Both the position numbers and the translations under genes were made by a program. A DNA stretch of 64,000 nt from Lytechinus pictus (lineage: Eukaryota): NCBI RefSeq assembly GCF_037042905.1, contig NC_087250.1, positions 5,148,001 to 5,212,000 of the forward strand, in the 5' to 3' direction. Below are positions 12,414-25,205 of this stretch, in pieces (position 1 is the stretch's first letter; each line of letters starts with the position of its first letter). The notes under the pieces are model-generated. The model searched no databases. It was not told where the DNA came from and was given only the letters and a program-made list of their open reading frames with translations.

Positions 12414-14884
12414 AGGAGAACTATATTGATTATGAATGTGGTCTTATTATATGTCAATGGAAAGGTAATGATGTGGGGATTATCAGTGGGTCATTCAAAA
12501 ATAACGAAAATAATACATAAGGTGAAAATCGCCGATTAAAAAACGCTCAAAATGCCTCTCCGAAATATGCCTCGCATCGCTCTCTGAATTGACTTGAATT
12601 TGATGACGTCACTTTCTGTACGAGATGCGTGATTGGCTCTCCCACGTGAAGCTCCACTTGCATGCAAAACCTGTTGCGAGGGTACGTTTTCTCCACACTG
12701 TTACTGAATACTTCGATCACGAAATGAAAGAAAACCCAGAATTTCATCTAGATTTTGATTTTTAAATTGATGATTTTGAAGATGAAGAGAATGATGATGA
12801 AATGAACAACAAAGTGACGTAGTTGGAGGTAAATTGGGGGAATTACGCCGATGATGATGAGTCGGACACTTCAACTTGCAACACGATCACATGCCGATTC
12901 GCTACCTAACTCATGCAGCTGCTAAGTGCTAGCTACACCGCGCGGGCCAAATTGAATTCATGAAAATGAATTACCACACTGTCCAGAAAGAGTCTCTTAC
13001 CTCTGTGACTATGAAGAAGGAAAATAATGATAAAACTGTACTTACAAACAAGTGAATGTAATCCGAACCTGAAGGCAACTCAACGAATAGCAGCAGACGA
13101 TATGCACCGACGATAAACTTCATGTGGCTGGGATAGATTGTCACTCGTTCTGTTAGATGTAATTTTTATCTCATTAATTTGACAAAATTACGAAACTCGG
13201 GAATTATTTATCTATATAAAAATATAGTAACATCTCGTATTATTTTTTAAATTACGATAAAACCTTTTAAAAGCTCGTATATGTGATCGTAATCAAAATC
13301 ACAAACATGCCGTATTGCTTGATCGCCTTGGCTGAGAGAGTAGATCTATGCACGTGTTGCACAGCTCTCAATCAAGCTACGCATGTTGGGGATCTTTTAC
13401 ATCTAATTTTAATTTACCTCAACGTTTTCCTTCAAAAAACGTTTTATCGTAATTTAAAAATCCCAGCCACATGAAGTTTATCATAGGTGCATATCGTCTG
13501 CTGCTATTCGTTGAGTTGATTTGCCTTCAGGTTCGGATTACATTCACTTATTTGTAAGTACAGTTTTATCATTATTTTCCTTCTTCATAGTCACAGAAGT
13601 AAGAGACTCTGTCTGGACAGTGTGGTAAGTCATTTTAGTGAATTCAATTTGGCACACGCGGTGTAGCTAGCACTTAGCAGCTGCATGAGTTGGTAGCGAA
13701 TCGGCATGTGATCGTGTTGCAAGTTGAATTGTCACTCGTTCTGTTAGATGTAATTTTTATCTCATTAATTTGACAAAATTACGAAACTCAGGAATTATTT
13801 ATCTATATAAAAATATAGTAACATCTCGTATTATTTTTTAAATTACGATAAAACCTTTTAAAAGCTCGTATATGTGATCGTAATCAAAATCACAAACATG
13901 CCGTATTGCTTGATCGCCTTGGCTGAGAGAGTAGATCTATGCACGTGTTGCACAGCTCTCAATCAAGCTACGCATGTTGGGGATCTTTTACATCTAATTT
14001 TAATTTACCTCAACGTTTTCCTTCAAAAAAACGTTTTATCGTAATTTAAAAATTATACGAGATGTTACTATATTTTTATATAGGTAAATAATTCCCCGAG
14101 TTTCGTAATTTTGTCAATTAATGAGATAAAAATTACATCTAACAGAACGAGTGACAATCTATCCCAGCCACATGAAGTTTATCATAGGTGCATATCGTCT
14201 GCTGCTATTCGTTGAGTTGATTTGCCTTCAGGTTCGGATTACATTCACTTATTTGTAAGTACAGTTTTATCATTATTTTCCTTCTTCATAGTCACAGAAG
14301 TAAGAGACTCTGTCTGGACAGTGTGGTAAGTCATTTTAGTGAATTCAATTTGGCACGCGCGGTGTAGCTAGCACTTAGCAGCTGCATGAGTTGGTAGCGA
14401 ATCGGCATGTGATCGTGTTGCAAGTTGAATTGTCGATCCGACTCCTCATCATCGATTCCCCCAATTTACCCCCAACTACGTCACTTTGTTGTTCACTTCA
14501 TCATCATTCTCTTCATCTTCAAAATCATCAATTTGAAAATCCAAATCTAGATAAAATTCTGGGTTTTCTTTCATTTCGTGATCGAAGTATTCAGTGACAA
14601 TGTGGAGAAAACGTACCCTCGCAACAGGTTTTGCATGCAAGTGGAGCTTCACGTGGGAGAGCCAATCACGCCTCTCGTACAGAAAGTGACGTCATAAAAA
14701 ATCCCCAATTTCGCGGACGTAATTCTGCGTGTTTGAAGCATTCAGAGAGAGAACTTTAAACTATCAATTAACTGAGTTCCATCGGTCTCCATGATAAATG
14801 ATGTACACCATCGTGTTCTCCTTTTTTTCTCCTTTGATTTGATATATGATTCTCCATTTTTACGATTTTCAATATATTTCTCCT
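12414..14884. mobile_element. TTAA-flanked element with a large internal foldback and duplication
   Basis: TTAA|AGGAGAACTATATTGA...TCAATATATTTCTCCT|TTAA; internal inverted arms about 12603-13262 and 14033-14695. Confidence 0.8.
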
Positions 14885-15149
14885 TTAAATCCCCCAAAAT
14901 GTCTGCTTTGGGGCGACCATCCTTTCTAGAGTCGCCCCAAGATCTGTCACAAACAGTATTCAAGATTGTTTAGAAAAGTAGAATTGTAACTATGGCAGAA
15001 TAATGATATTTACTTTCACTGCATACATGTAATTGCGTGTTACCCATAAAAAAGAAACCCTTAAAATAAAAGAAATAGCACCCAAAATCCTGCAATCGCC
15101 CCAATGATGACACTACAATGCCTACAACCGTGCACCTGCCATGTACCTC

Positions 15150-15980
15150 TTTTCATGTACCTCTTTTCATTTTAAGTTTTATTTTTTATTTGTACCACTC
15201 TCCTCTCCCTCCCTCTTTCCTTTGTCTCCTTTTTACTCCTTATTACTATTTTAAATTTATCATTCTTGTCATTGTTGTTATTTAAATTACTTTCTCTTAT
15301 TTTGTAGTCGCTTATATGCTTCAATTTTAAATTTTGTAGATTTCTTGTTTTAAGCTTGTCTCCGTCTCCATGATTGTATATAGCTTTGTTAATTCGGTTT
15401 GAAACTAAGTTTACAGGGACTTGCCTTTTTATACAAGCATTGGTTTTCTTGGCAAGTCTGGGTCTCCTTTTTTCTCAGGACTTATTACTATTTTAAATTT
15501 ATCGTTCTTATCATTCAAATTCAAATTCAAATTCAAATTTATTTATTTCACTTCCATCAAACAAAAACAAATTGTATACCATATATAAACATAAATATTT
15601 GTATCCGTTGCAAACAAAATTAATGATACATATGTTGTGAAAAAAACACTTAGACAATTTCGGCAACACATTGTAGGTTTTAAATATGTATACTAATTTT
15701 TCAATAGAAATTAAATTAAGATGGAAATGGGGGGACCCACTAAAAAGCAATGCTTGTACAATGTGGGCCCCTCAAAAAATAGATAACACAACAAATAACA
15801 AAGTATAAATACAGATAATCAAATGAGAAAAAAATAAATACATTCACTTGATTAATCTTTTATATTTGTATATGAAATGTCATTGAACTGTCTGTATTAT
15901 ATTGAATATGTACTATTACTTTGATTATTTTGTTTATTTTGTTGAACGGAAATAGATAAATCTAAACCTATAATCTAAAT
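15150..15980. mobile_element. Two antiparallel nested LINE 3' UTR/tail remnants
   Basis: Stem-loops at 15418-15458 (+) and 15731-15772 (-); - strand AATAAA followed by a (TTTGAA)n tail at 15512-15548. Confidence 0.55.
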
Positions 15981-16274
15981 GTAGAAAAAAGATAGCACCT
16001 AAAGATAATTTTTTTTTCCTACCCTGAATGTGATACATTGTGTTCCTGGTTGTATGTGTACATGTATATTCTTTACCACTGTGTATTGCATATCATGGAA
16101 GTGAGTAGGAAAGTTGCTGGTTGTTTTCTTGTTGAAACAATTAATATAATAAGTTTTTATATCTTGCGGTGCAAGTATGCTACCGGATGGTATTCAGTCT
16201 CTTCTTGTTTTATAAAGTGGCATTGGCAAAATTAATGGCATGTATCTTTTTTCTTTTTCCTTCATACATTTTAA

Positions 16275-16671
16275 AGATAAATGCCAGTTGTGGTAACGAT
16301 CTCAAGATGATTTTTTACAGAATCCAATATAATGACCACCCAAGTGTCTGTTTGTATGAATAAAAAATTTGTGCCAAAGGATTCTGGAAGAAATTGTGTG
16401 ATTGCTGAGAAATAAGCAAAAGAAGCACGGATTCGGGCACTTCCGTCGGGTCTTTATTCCAGCGATAATAATATACACTGTCCCACGTGTGCCTATCTGT
16501 GTTGGCGATCTTCAGTGTGATCGTTTTTCAGCTTAGATTTTATGATTTCACAAAGTTCAGTTTATGTAACTGTACCAGATCTAGATCCACGATGATATAG
16601 TAATACTTAACCTTGGTTTTACAGACTTTCTCACAAAATCAGTGTTTTGCTGCAACAACTTTCATTTAGCT
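16275..16671. mobile_element. TTAA-flanked MITE (Kolobok-like)
   Basis: TTAA|AGATAAATGCCAGTTGT...ACAACTTTCATTTAGCT|TTAA; a related partial copy starts near 16926. Confidence 0.6.
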
Positions 16672-17199
16672 TTAATGATTAAACAAATGCATGAAGAGCC
16701 AATTTCAAATCACTACTTATCTTCTTATCAACTTCAAGTATTATCAAGCATACAAATTCAAAGTTCAATTGATTTGTTATTTTAACCAACCCTCATTAGT
16801 ATGCATTGAAACGTTCCAAAGCCAAGTGTGTGATAATATTTGCTGGTACAATGTAGCTGCATACCTATACAAAGTTCTTGAAAAATTTTGCATTCACGTG
16901 GTTTGCGTATGAATATTCACATCATTAAGATAAATTTCAGTTGCGGTATTCCAATCTCAAAATGATTGTGAACAGAATCTCATTAAAAAAAATTGTGCAA
17001 AATGAACTGGAAGTACATGTAAATGTGTAATTGCTGAGAAATGAGCAAAAGAACTGTTTTCACAAACTATTGCTATTGAAAATTCACTAACTTTGTTAAT
17101 AGTTATCTGATTTTGATGAAATTTTCAGCATTTTGCTGGGTGAAGTTTATTATATTTCATATTTGAGTATCATTATTTTCAGCCCAGCATAGCCCTTTA

Positions 17200-18355
17200 G
17201 GATATCTTTTGAGATTTTTCACTTTATTTTTTTCTTTAATTAGCATGAGGACACTATATAGGCAAGCATCGCTGACACACGCTTCTAGAATGTAGATATC
17301 TGTTCAGAATATTTCTCCCTATATTTTCATTTGATTTGTTGAGGACATCCTAATGGCAACCCACACTAATGCACAGAGTAAGACGCCCATGGGTTTGAAA
17401 GATATCTGTTGATATTTCTTCCTAATTTATATGTTTTTTTAATTTGATGAGCTTGAGGACACCCTATGTGCAACCCTCACTGACACACACATCTAGATAC
17501 CTGTAAAGGATATCTGTTGAGAATATTTCTCCCTATTTTTTTCATATTATTTGTTATTAAACATGAGGGCATCCTACATATGGGCAACCCACACCGGCGC
17601 ACACATTAAGACGCCTATGGGTTTAACAGATATCTGTTGAGGTTTCTTCCTAATTTATCTTTTTTTTTTATTTGTTTAGCTTAACGGGCTACTATCACTG
17701 ATGCACAAATCAAGACCTCTATGAGTATAAGGATATCTGTTGAGATTTTTCCTCTTAATTTTCTTTTTCTTTGTTTACATGTAGCTTGAGGATACCCTAT
17801 GGCAACCCTCACTGATGTATTCATCAATATGCCTATGGGAATAAAAAAGTTTTCTCTTATTTTCTTTTTCCTTGTTTAGCTTGAGGACACCCTATGGCAA
17901 CCCTCACTGATGTACATATCAATATGCCCATGGGAATGAAGAATTTTTCTCTTATTTTCTTTTTCCTTGTTTAGCTTGAGGACACCCTATGGCAACCCTC
18001 ACTGATGTACATATCAATATGCCTATGGGAATAAAGAATTTTTCTCTTATTTTCTTTTTCCTTGTTTAGCTTGAGGACACCCTATGGCAACCCTCACTGA
18101 CGCACACATCAATATGCCTATGGGAATAAAACAGTTTTCTCTTATTTTCTTTTTCCTTGTTTAGCTTGAAGATACCCTATAGGAACCCTCACTGACGCAC
18201 ACATCAATATGCCTATGGGAATAAAACAGTTTTCTCTTATTTTCTTTTTCCTTGTTTAGTTTGAAGATACCCTATAGGAACCCTCACTGATGTACACATC
18301 AATATGCCTATGGGAATAAAGAAGTTTTCTCTTATTTTCTTTTTTCTTTGTATAG
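17200..18355 (+). repeat. Tandem array of 11 degenerate copies of an ACAA2 3' splice site plus the first ~60 nt of the following exon
   Basis: Unit = polypyrimidine tract + AG + CTTGAGGA(C/T)ACCCTATGG..CCCTCACTGA..CATCAA..GCCTATGGG. Exon-like starts near 17244, 17338, 17452, 17562, 17680, then at 17785, 17880, 17975, 18070, 18165 and 18260. The true exon starts at 18356. Confidence 0.95.
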
Positions 18356-18503
18356 CTTGAGGATACCCTATGGGCGACCCTCACTGACGCACACATCAAG
18401 ACGCCCATGGGCATCACGGCAGAAACACTTGGAGCCAAGTATGAGGTCACGAGAGAAGATTGCGACGAGTTTGCTTTACTTGGCCAACAGAGGTGGGCTG
18501 AAG
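18356..18503 (+). CDS. ACAA2: ACAA2 coding exon (LEDTLWATLTDAHIKTPMGITAE...QQRWAE)
   Basis: Thiolase MGxTAE motif; tag/gtagga boundaries; 148 nt. Confidence 0.95.
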
Positions 18504-19836
18504 GTAGGAAGTATTACAGTTTCCTGTAGGCTTTTCTTTTGTTTCATTTGATTTAATTGTGTTTTTCTGCTTTTTTGTTTTTGTTTCTTGCAGGGGTGTT
18601 CTTGTCTTTTTTTTGTTTTACATTGCTGTAACTTGTTATTGAAAATTTGGACAATGATTTGTTTTCAGCTGACACTGTATGGAAACAAGTATAATCTTTA
18701 CGTGGAGTATAAAATGACGAGATACACCATTATGGACTTAAACTACATACCCCAACCCCCCCCCCCCCAAAAAAAAAGAAAGAAAGAAGAGGAACGCCCG
18801 CAGCAAGTGATATTTGATATTACTGTCTTTATTCAGTCTCCATTTGCTCACGTACAAAAAGTAGGCATTGTACAATTACTTATAACACACGGTCGATGAG
18901 AGACAACGCATAGTTTGCTTTCCCTTTCATAGCCAGTTGGTAATTGTAATGGTATCGATTTGATTTGATTTATTTTTTCTTCTGCAGTCATAACAATGGT
19001 ATACAATACAATTTTCATTACGTAACAAGCATAATATATCAGTAATTGATTTTGGTATTAATCATAAAGAAACAAATACAAAATAAAAAAGTCATTCTAA
19101 ACAAATATGATCTACTACCAACAAAGAAAATTGGCCATTTACAGTTTGCAAAAGGATTGCTTGAAAAAAAATGACAACCCCGGAAATGGAAATGGTTTAT
19201 TGAAAATTCATTTGCAGCAAAAGCCTGAATTGCAGAATATTTTACCCCCCCCAAAAAAAATCAATGAGTTATCATTGAAGTTGGTCTATTTTACAAGACT
19301 ACACTGTTCAGAATGTTGCATTATGGGTTAGAAAGCTGGCCAGATTGGAGATGTTGAGAACTTGAGGTGGGGCTATTACGACTGCTGGTCAGTGTGCCCT
19401 TCAAATCTAAATATATATATTGGGCGATTCCGTACGTGTCGTACAGGACATTTCGACAACAATATCTAGTCTCTGCTGATTGCTTGAGCAATAACAATTT
19501 ATTTCTTGTCAATAATAAAATTATAGTTATCTATAGTAGTAATAGTAGTCTTGTGAAAAACTGTTTGATTATGGGTAAATTACAGGTGAAAATAGTGTGT
19601 GTTGTACGGGACTCAGAAATGTCCCGTACGACACGCTACATTTTCACCTCTAATTCACCCATGGACAACATATTTTTGTTGGTTGACATTTTTTTACATG
19701 ACTACCCAGTAGTGAGTAGTACTATTATTATTACCACAAAATACATTGAAGTTTGTTTGGACAGTAGGTTGAAAAATATTGTGAAAATGGCTGATTTTTC
19801 TGGCATGGAATCGCCCTATTATGTCTTCTTTTTCAG

Positions 19837-20009
19837 CCAATAAGGCAGGGATCTTTGACGCTGAATTGGCACCCATCGAGCTCGCCACCAAGAAAGGACC
19901 AAAATCGGTGACCACCGACGAACACCCTCGCGAGACCACCATGGCTCAGCTCGCAAAGTTACCGCCGGTTTTCAAGAAGAACGGTCTGGTCTCGGCAGGG
20001 AATGCCTCG
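19837..20009 (+). CDS. ACAA2: ACAA2 coding exon (ANKAGIFDAE...DEHPR...LPPVFKKNGLVSAGNAS)
   Basis: DEHPR and AGNAS motifs; cag/gtaagt boundaries; 173 nt. Confidence 0.95.
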
Positions 20010-22032
20010 GTAAGTACACTTGGAATATGTATGTTCAGAGTATTTCTTCACTTCTCAAATTTGATCAGCATTTCCGGGGCCAGTAAGATAAAGCTTAGCA
20101 ATGATTGTAGAGCATTTTTCTACAATTGATTGTGAATTAAATTGTAAAAGTCAAGCGTACGATCAATCACTAACCTTTGTGTCAATACGGGGCCCATGTT
20201 GTAAGAGAAAAGCTTTCAACTATGTTGAGAGCATTCCTATGTAGAAAAAGATGTAATCTTAGCTCTGATATCCAATCAGGCAGTAAATATGTATGATAAG
20301 TATTTGAATTGCCTTGTTAATTTTTTGTGCGCTGGACCATGAACCCCTATGTGCTGAATTATTTTCAGGCAGGGAGACAATGGATTGTTTGTTTGAGCGT
20401 CAAATGTAAAGTTTGCGCGTCACCGAGTGTGCATTGGTGCAAAGTATGCAGGGAAAGGGTTAAAGAAAATAAAGACATTGCTGGGAGAGGGCACAAGATA
20501 TGTATTAAGTCAATTATCAAGTTACCACTAAAAAATTATACAAGATTCAATTCTCACTTGTCTAAAAATGGCATGTTAGAGTGATGTTTTGGATGATACT
20601 TAAGTATAATCCACATTATGGACTTAGACGTGCTTATATTATTTCCCTCTTTTTCTGTTTCTACAATGGTAACATGACAGGACAGCTTGTGGCAACATTT
20701 TCTCCCGTGACAATTGCTCCAGGCTTAATTAAGATGTAGGGTCAGGTTTAGGGGAGCAATAGGGTTTTATGTAAGGGTTTAGGGTAGGGTATAGTGTTAA
20801 ACCCGGGCTATTGTCGTGGGAGCAAATGTCATGGAACAGGACAGCTTTCGGCTGTGTAACGCCAAGCTGGCATAAATGAATTATTTACATAATGTTTGAA
20901 ATATTTTACTTCTAAGTTAATATACAAAATAATGAATGTTTATGAATGCAATGGATAGAATACTTCATGAGGTGAAAGATGAAATGATCCAGTCAACAAG
21001 GCGTAGCCGAGTTGAATGGATCATTCATTTCATCTTTCACCGAACAAAGTATTCTGTCCAATGCAGGAAAGAAAAGAACATTCATTATTTGGTTTATATG
21101 ACACCTAAAGATAGATTTTTTTTCATATGCAATATGTGAATTTCGAGGCAAAATATGCTCATGCAGTGCGAGCTCGGTCTGTTGATTATCGCCTACATAC
21201 AACATGCGCGCTGCAAACATGAGTGGTGCCTGCAGTCTGGGTGCGCATGCAATGGACAACATCGTAGGGATCCGAAATTGCACAATGAATGGATCCAATA
21301 TTGCAATGTTTGATAACGTTATTGTAAAATGGTCCGAATGATCGATACCGACCAACCAATCAAATGACAATGGGCTATTCCACGGTTACTCACGTTACAT
21401 TTGGAGACACCTTGACTCATACTTGGAGCTGTAACTCCATTATTATTGATAGGAACTAAACATCTCTTTATCACAACATAGTATGCAGTCTGACTATTCT
21501 TTGTATAAAAACAAAACTTTGGAAATTTCATTATGCTCCTGCAAATCTTTGAAATGTGTCGGTTACTCATGTTACATGATTTGGACATGCATAAAATGAA
21601 AAGTGGACATAAGTGAAAAGTGTCCTCATGCAAGGCTTTTATGAAAGTTGATTATATCCATTTCAAAGAAGTATATTAGGGAGACAAATTTGTATATAAT
21701 TAAAAAAATAAAGAACACATGGTTTTTACTAGGGGTGCAGATAAAGTGGTTACTCACGTTACAGTTCAGATGGGCTATATGTACAAAGACACATTGAGCT
21801 CATGTCCACCAACCTATGGAATTGCCCCAATGATCTATCATATAATCAGTCATAGTGGTTGACCTTAATATAGACATCAGATATTACTATGGAACCTTTT
21901 TGATTAAAGCGAAGACAATGTCTGGGCGGGGATTTGAACTTACAACATCATTATCAAGAGGCCAATCCTCTAACCACTAGACCACACAACTCCATAATTA
22001 CTTCTGTTAAAATCCTTATGTCTGTTCACTAG

Positions 22033-22233
22033 GGTATCTGTGACGGAGCAGGAGCGGTGATCCTAGCCAGCGAGGAAGCAGTTACCAAGCACAACCTCAC
22101 ACCACTAGCCAGGCTAGTCAGTTACAACGTTGCCGGCTGCGACCCTAGCATCATGGGTATAGGACCGGTATATGCCGTAAGGAGTGCCTTGGAGAAAGCC
22201 GGCCTGACGCTCGATGATATGGACCTTGTAGAG
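22033..22233 (+). CDS. ACAA2: ACAA2 coding exon (GICDGAGAVIL...GCDPSIMGIGP...DMDLVE)
   Basis: DGAGA and MGIGP motifs; tag/gtaagt boundaries; 201 nt. Confidence 0.95.
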
Positions 22234-22525
22234 GTAAGTCCTTACCTATAACCTAGCTCGCAGCTTTGTGTTGTGGGATTTCGTTAAGCTGCATATTGCT
22301 CGAAGGCAGAAAATCACTGTCAAAGGCAGCCCAGTGCCTTTGAATGTCTTTGACAGATATATGGCGCTATACAAATGCTGTGCATCATCATCATCATAAC
22401 TCCGGGACGTCCCGGAAAGTCAAGGAAAGCAGCAATTAAGTCATGGAAAAGTCATGGAATTCTGTTTTCAAATTTCTGTGGGAACCCTGAAAATGTTTGT
22501 CACATTTTCATTTCACTATTTGTAG

Positions 22526-22681
<156 letters not shown>

Positions 22682-22938
22682 TAGGTCAATTTCCTCAGGT
22701 AATAGTGACTCAGGAGGGAGGGGGGGGGGGGCAGGGGAAAAAATTACACGTGGCTCGGGGCGATTTTACGCCTGAAATGCAAAAAAAAAAAACCATTCAA
22801 TGCAATGTTAACCCTAGGCCCCCCCTCGACATTTTTCATGATAAATCCATCATCTTCCATCAGATAGATGGAAGAGGATGATCTATGCTGAATAAGTTAG
22901 GAAAAGCATCAATAACGCTTGCTTTTGTTGGAAAATTA

Positions 22939-24149
22939 GGCCCGTATTCTGAAGTCGGGTTTAACTTAGACCATAACTCTGTGCTCAAATTATGGGAAGC
23001 CAAAAGTGTCAAAATTTGTATGTTTCATATGTTTACGTTGCTCTTTCCTGAGTCATCGATGGTGCAGACAATAATCTTATTTATACTTCCTACTCAATAT
23101 AAATGATTTGAGAGCCAAATGAGCTGAAATATTATTTCTCTACTGTTAGTGATTTATGTAACAATTGGCTATCCATACTTAAACCACAACTTTAAACCTC
23201 AGTTAAAGCGACCTTTCATTGACAAATCATGGAGAAATCAAGGCTTATCTCAGAACAGAGAAGGGATTCAAGTCTTTCAGTCGGCTGCATGCCTGGGGCA
23301 GAGCTGCCAAGTAGTACGATTTTTCCGTATTTAGTACGTTTTTGCAACCAAAATACGGCAGTACGTTTTTTGTATTTAAAAAAAAAAAAAATCATCTCTA
23401 TATGTCTCTATTTCATAAAACGTACACAAATATGGTTATTAGATCAATGTAATTTCAGGTAACTTGTTTTTTTTTTTCAATCATTTTGTAAAAACCAGGG
23501 TGGGATATACACAAGTTTCAATGTTTTTTTTTTTCATCTGCAAGAGCGGTGCACATTTTAGCTTGCATGCAGCTTGAGCGCCGTGATGGGCGAGTGCGCC
23601 AAGCATTTTATTATGAAATACACTTTTTGGGGGAAAAATACAAAATATTTATCTCACACAGTAAAAATACTGATTTTTTTGTCAAAATACTGATTTTGGG
23701 GGATAAGAATACTGAAAATGCAAAATACAACTTGGCAGCTCTGCCGAGGGTGTTATGTTATAGACGCGGGTATGTCTGGGAGGTCTTTAGGAGAGCATTA
23801 TTTAGTAGACTAACCAACCAGAAGTAAATTAGTTTTCACTTTGAAACATGTAACTTCACAGAGGTTGTTTTTTTTTTGTTTAGCAATCAAGAGACCTGTT
23901 ATGAGTCTAGGAATTGGGATTGTTGGAAACTGGAACTGCAACGATCCGAAGTAAATAACCATCACGAGTTCGGTCAAATTTGTGCTGTCCAAACTTCTAT
24001 CGCATTAGTCCGACGGGCGCTCATGACGGACGGATTATATTATGCAAGTCAATTGGCCTTTTGCAAATTTCGTATTGATTCAATTTCCCCATGATTTGTC
24101 AGTGGCTGGGCCCTTTAAAGTTAAACCCAACTTTTTAAGAATACGGGCC
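22939..24149. mobile_element. Harbinger-like MITE containing a Kolobok-like MITE (23207-24114) that contains a hAT-like MITE (23299-23743)
   Basis: The outer element rejoins across the TTAA TSD to match 7097-7407; inner TIR CAGAGCTGCCAAG / CTTGGCAGCTCTG. Confidence 0.8.
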
Positions 24150-24245
24150 ATAGTATATAAAGAACTGTGGCAGTGGGTTCGATGCATCAGGTCGTTAACT
24201 GGTTTAAATTCAAACTTCTTTATTCCTTTTAATCTTTTAATGCAG

Positions 24246-24330
24246 ACGGAGAGGCAATAAATACGGTGTTGGTTCAGCGTGTATCGGTGGCGGACAAGGT
24301 ATCGCTGTCATTCTAGAAAGCCTGCAATAA
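24246..24330 (+). CDS. ACAA2: ACAA2 terminal coding exon (RRGNKYGVGSACIGGGQGIAVILESLQ*)
   Basis: CIGGGQG second catalytic Cys motif; TAA stop at 24328-24330. Confidence 0.95.
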
Positions 24331-24557
24331 TAGCCTCTGTCTTCAGCAACAACCTCTAGACCAAACCATGCATTTCCACAACAATTACAAACTCTACATA
24401 GTATAGTATACAAATATACCAAGTTTTGAGTAAGTATAGCGAGAATTATCTTCCGAGGTTCGACTGGCATTACTAATACAAAATAGTAATTTGGCCAGTA
24501 CAATGGAGGATAAATAATTCCCTCTATATTTCGAAACAAAGGCCTGGTATATTTGTT

Positions 24558-24873
24558 TTATATCCTACATTTAATAAGGTAGAACAATAGTCTATCTACA
24601 CTCTTGTACATGTAGTGTCTGAACTTAAATATAGACAACGCGCTGCGCCGTCCGGTAGAGTCAACTCGCTGACTGGTGCGCCCGAGAGATTGCATGATCT
24701 GTGACGTCAATGATGGAATAGTCGACTTTTCCATCATTGACGTCACGGAATAGCACATTTTCTTCGGTGGGCGTTTCATTTTGGACATCATTGCAAAATA
24801 GTGAGAATATGTTTGGTCACATGATGCTATTTAAGCCAATCAGCATACAAGATTTAATTTATGTAGGATATAA
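24558..24873. mobile_element. Short element with TIR TTATATCCTACAT and a central 46-bp palindrome
   Basis: TIRs at 24558-24570 and 24861-24873; palindrome at 24701-24746 with one mismatch. Confidence 0.65.
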
Positions 24874-24929
24874 TAAATAATAATTTTGTTATTCATAATA
24901 CGCATAAGACATGCATTGTACGTATCTAA

Positions 24930-25205
24930 GGCTTAGAGATTTATTATTACTCTGGTCATCGGATTCAATTAGTCGTTCCCGCACTCAATGTATGCACATC
25001 CTCCACTCCCTGGGGAGTATTCCAGCCAGTTGCCAATGAGGTGCATACAGTACTGGACAAGCGACCGTGACGTTCACATCCTTCTGGGTACCCATTTAGC
25101 ACTTGCGTGGAGAGTGGCAAAGTGTGGATTGATGCCTTTCCAAAGGATGCTAGGCCGTGATGGGATTTGAACACACAACCCTCTGACTTAGAACTACTAT
25201 GCCAC
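24930..25205 (-). mobile_element. tRNA-derived SINE (degenerate)
   Basis: Matches the + strand SINE at 48296-48647. Confidence 0.7.

Noticed and set aside
17785..18355. Regularly spaced repeats resembling a CRISPR array
   Set aside because: The units are near-identical along their whole length with no unique spacers, they derive from an ACAA2 splice junction, and the context is eukaryotic with no cas genes.
19367..19843. 158-aa + strand ORF
   Set aside because: Intronic within ACAA2, overlaps a small MITE, and has no recognisable motif.
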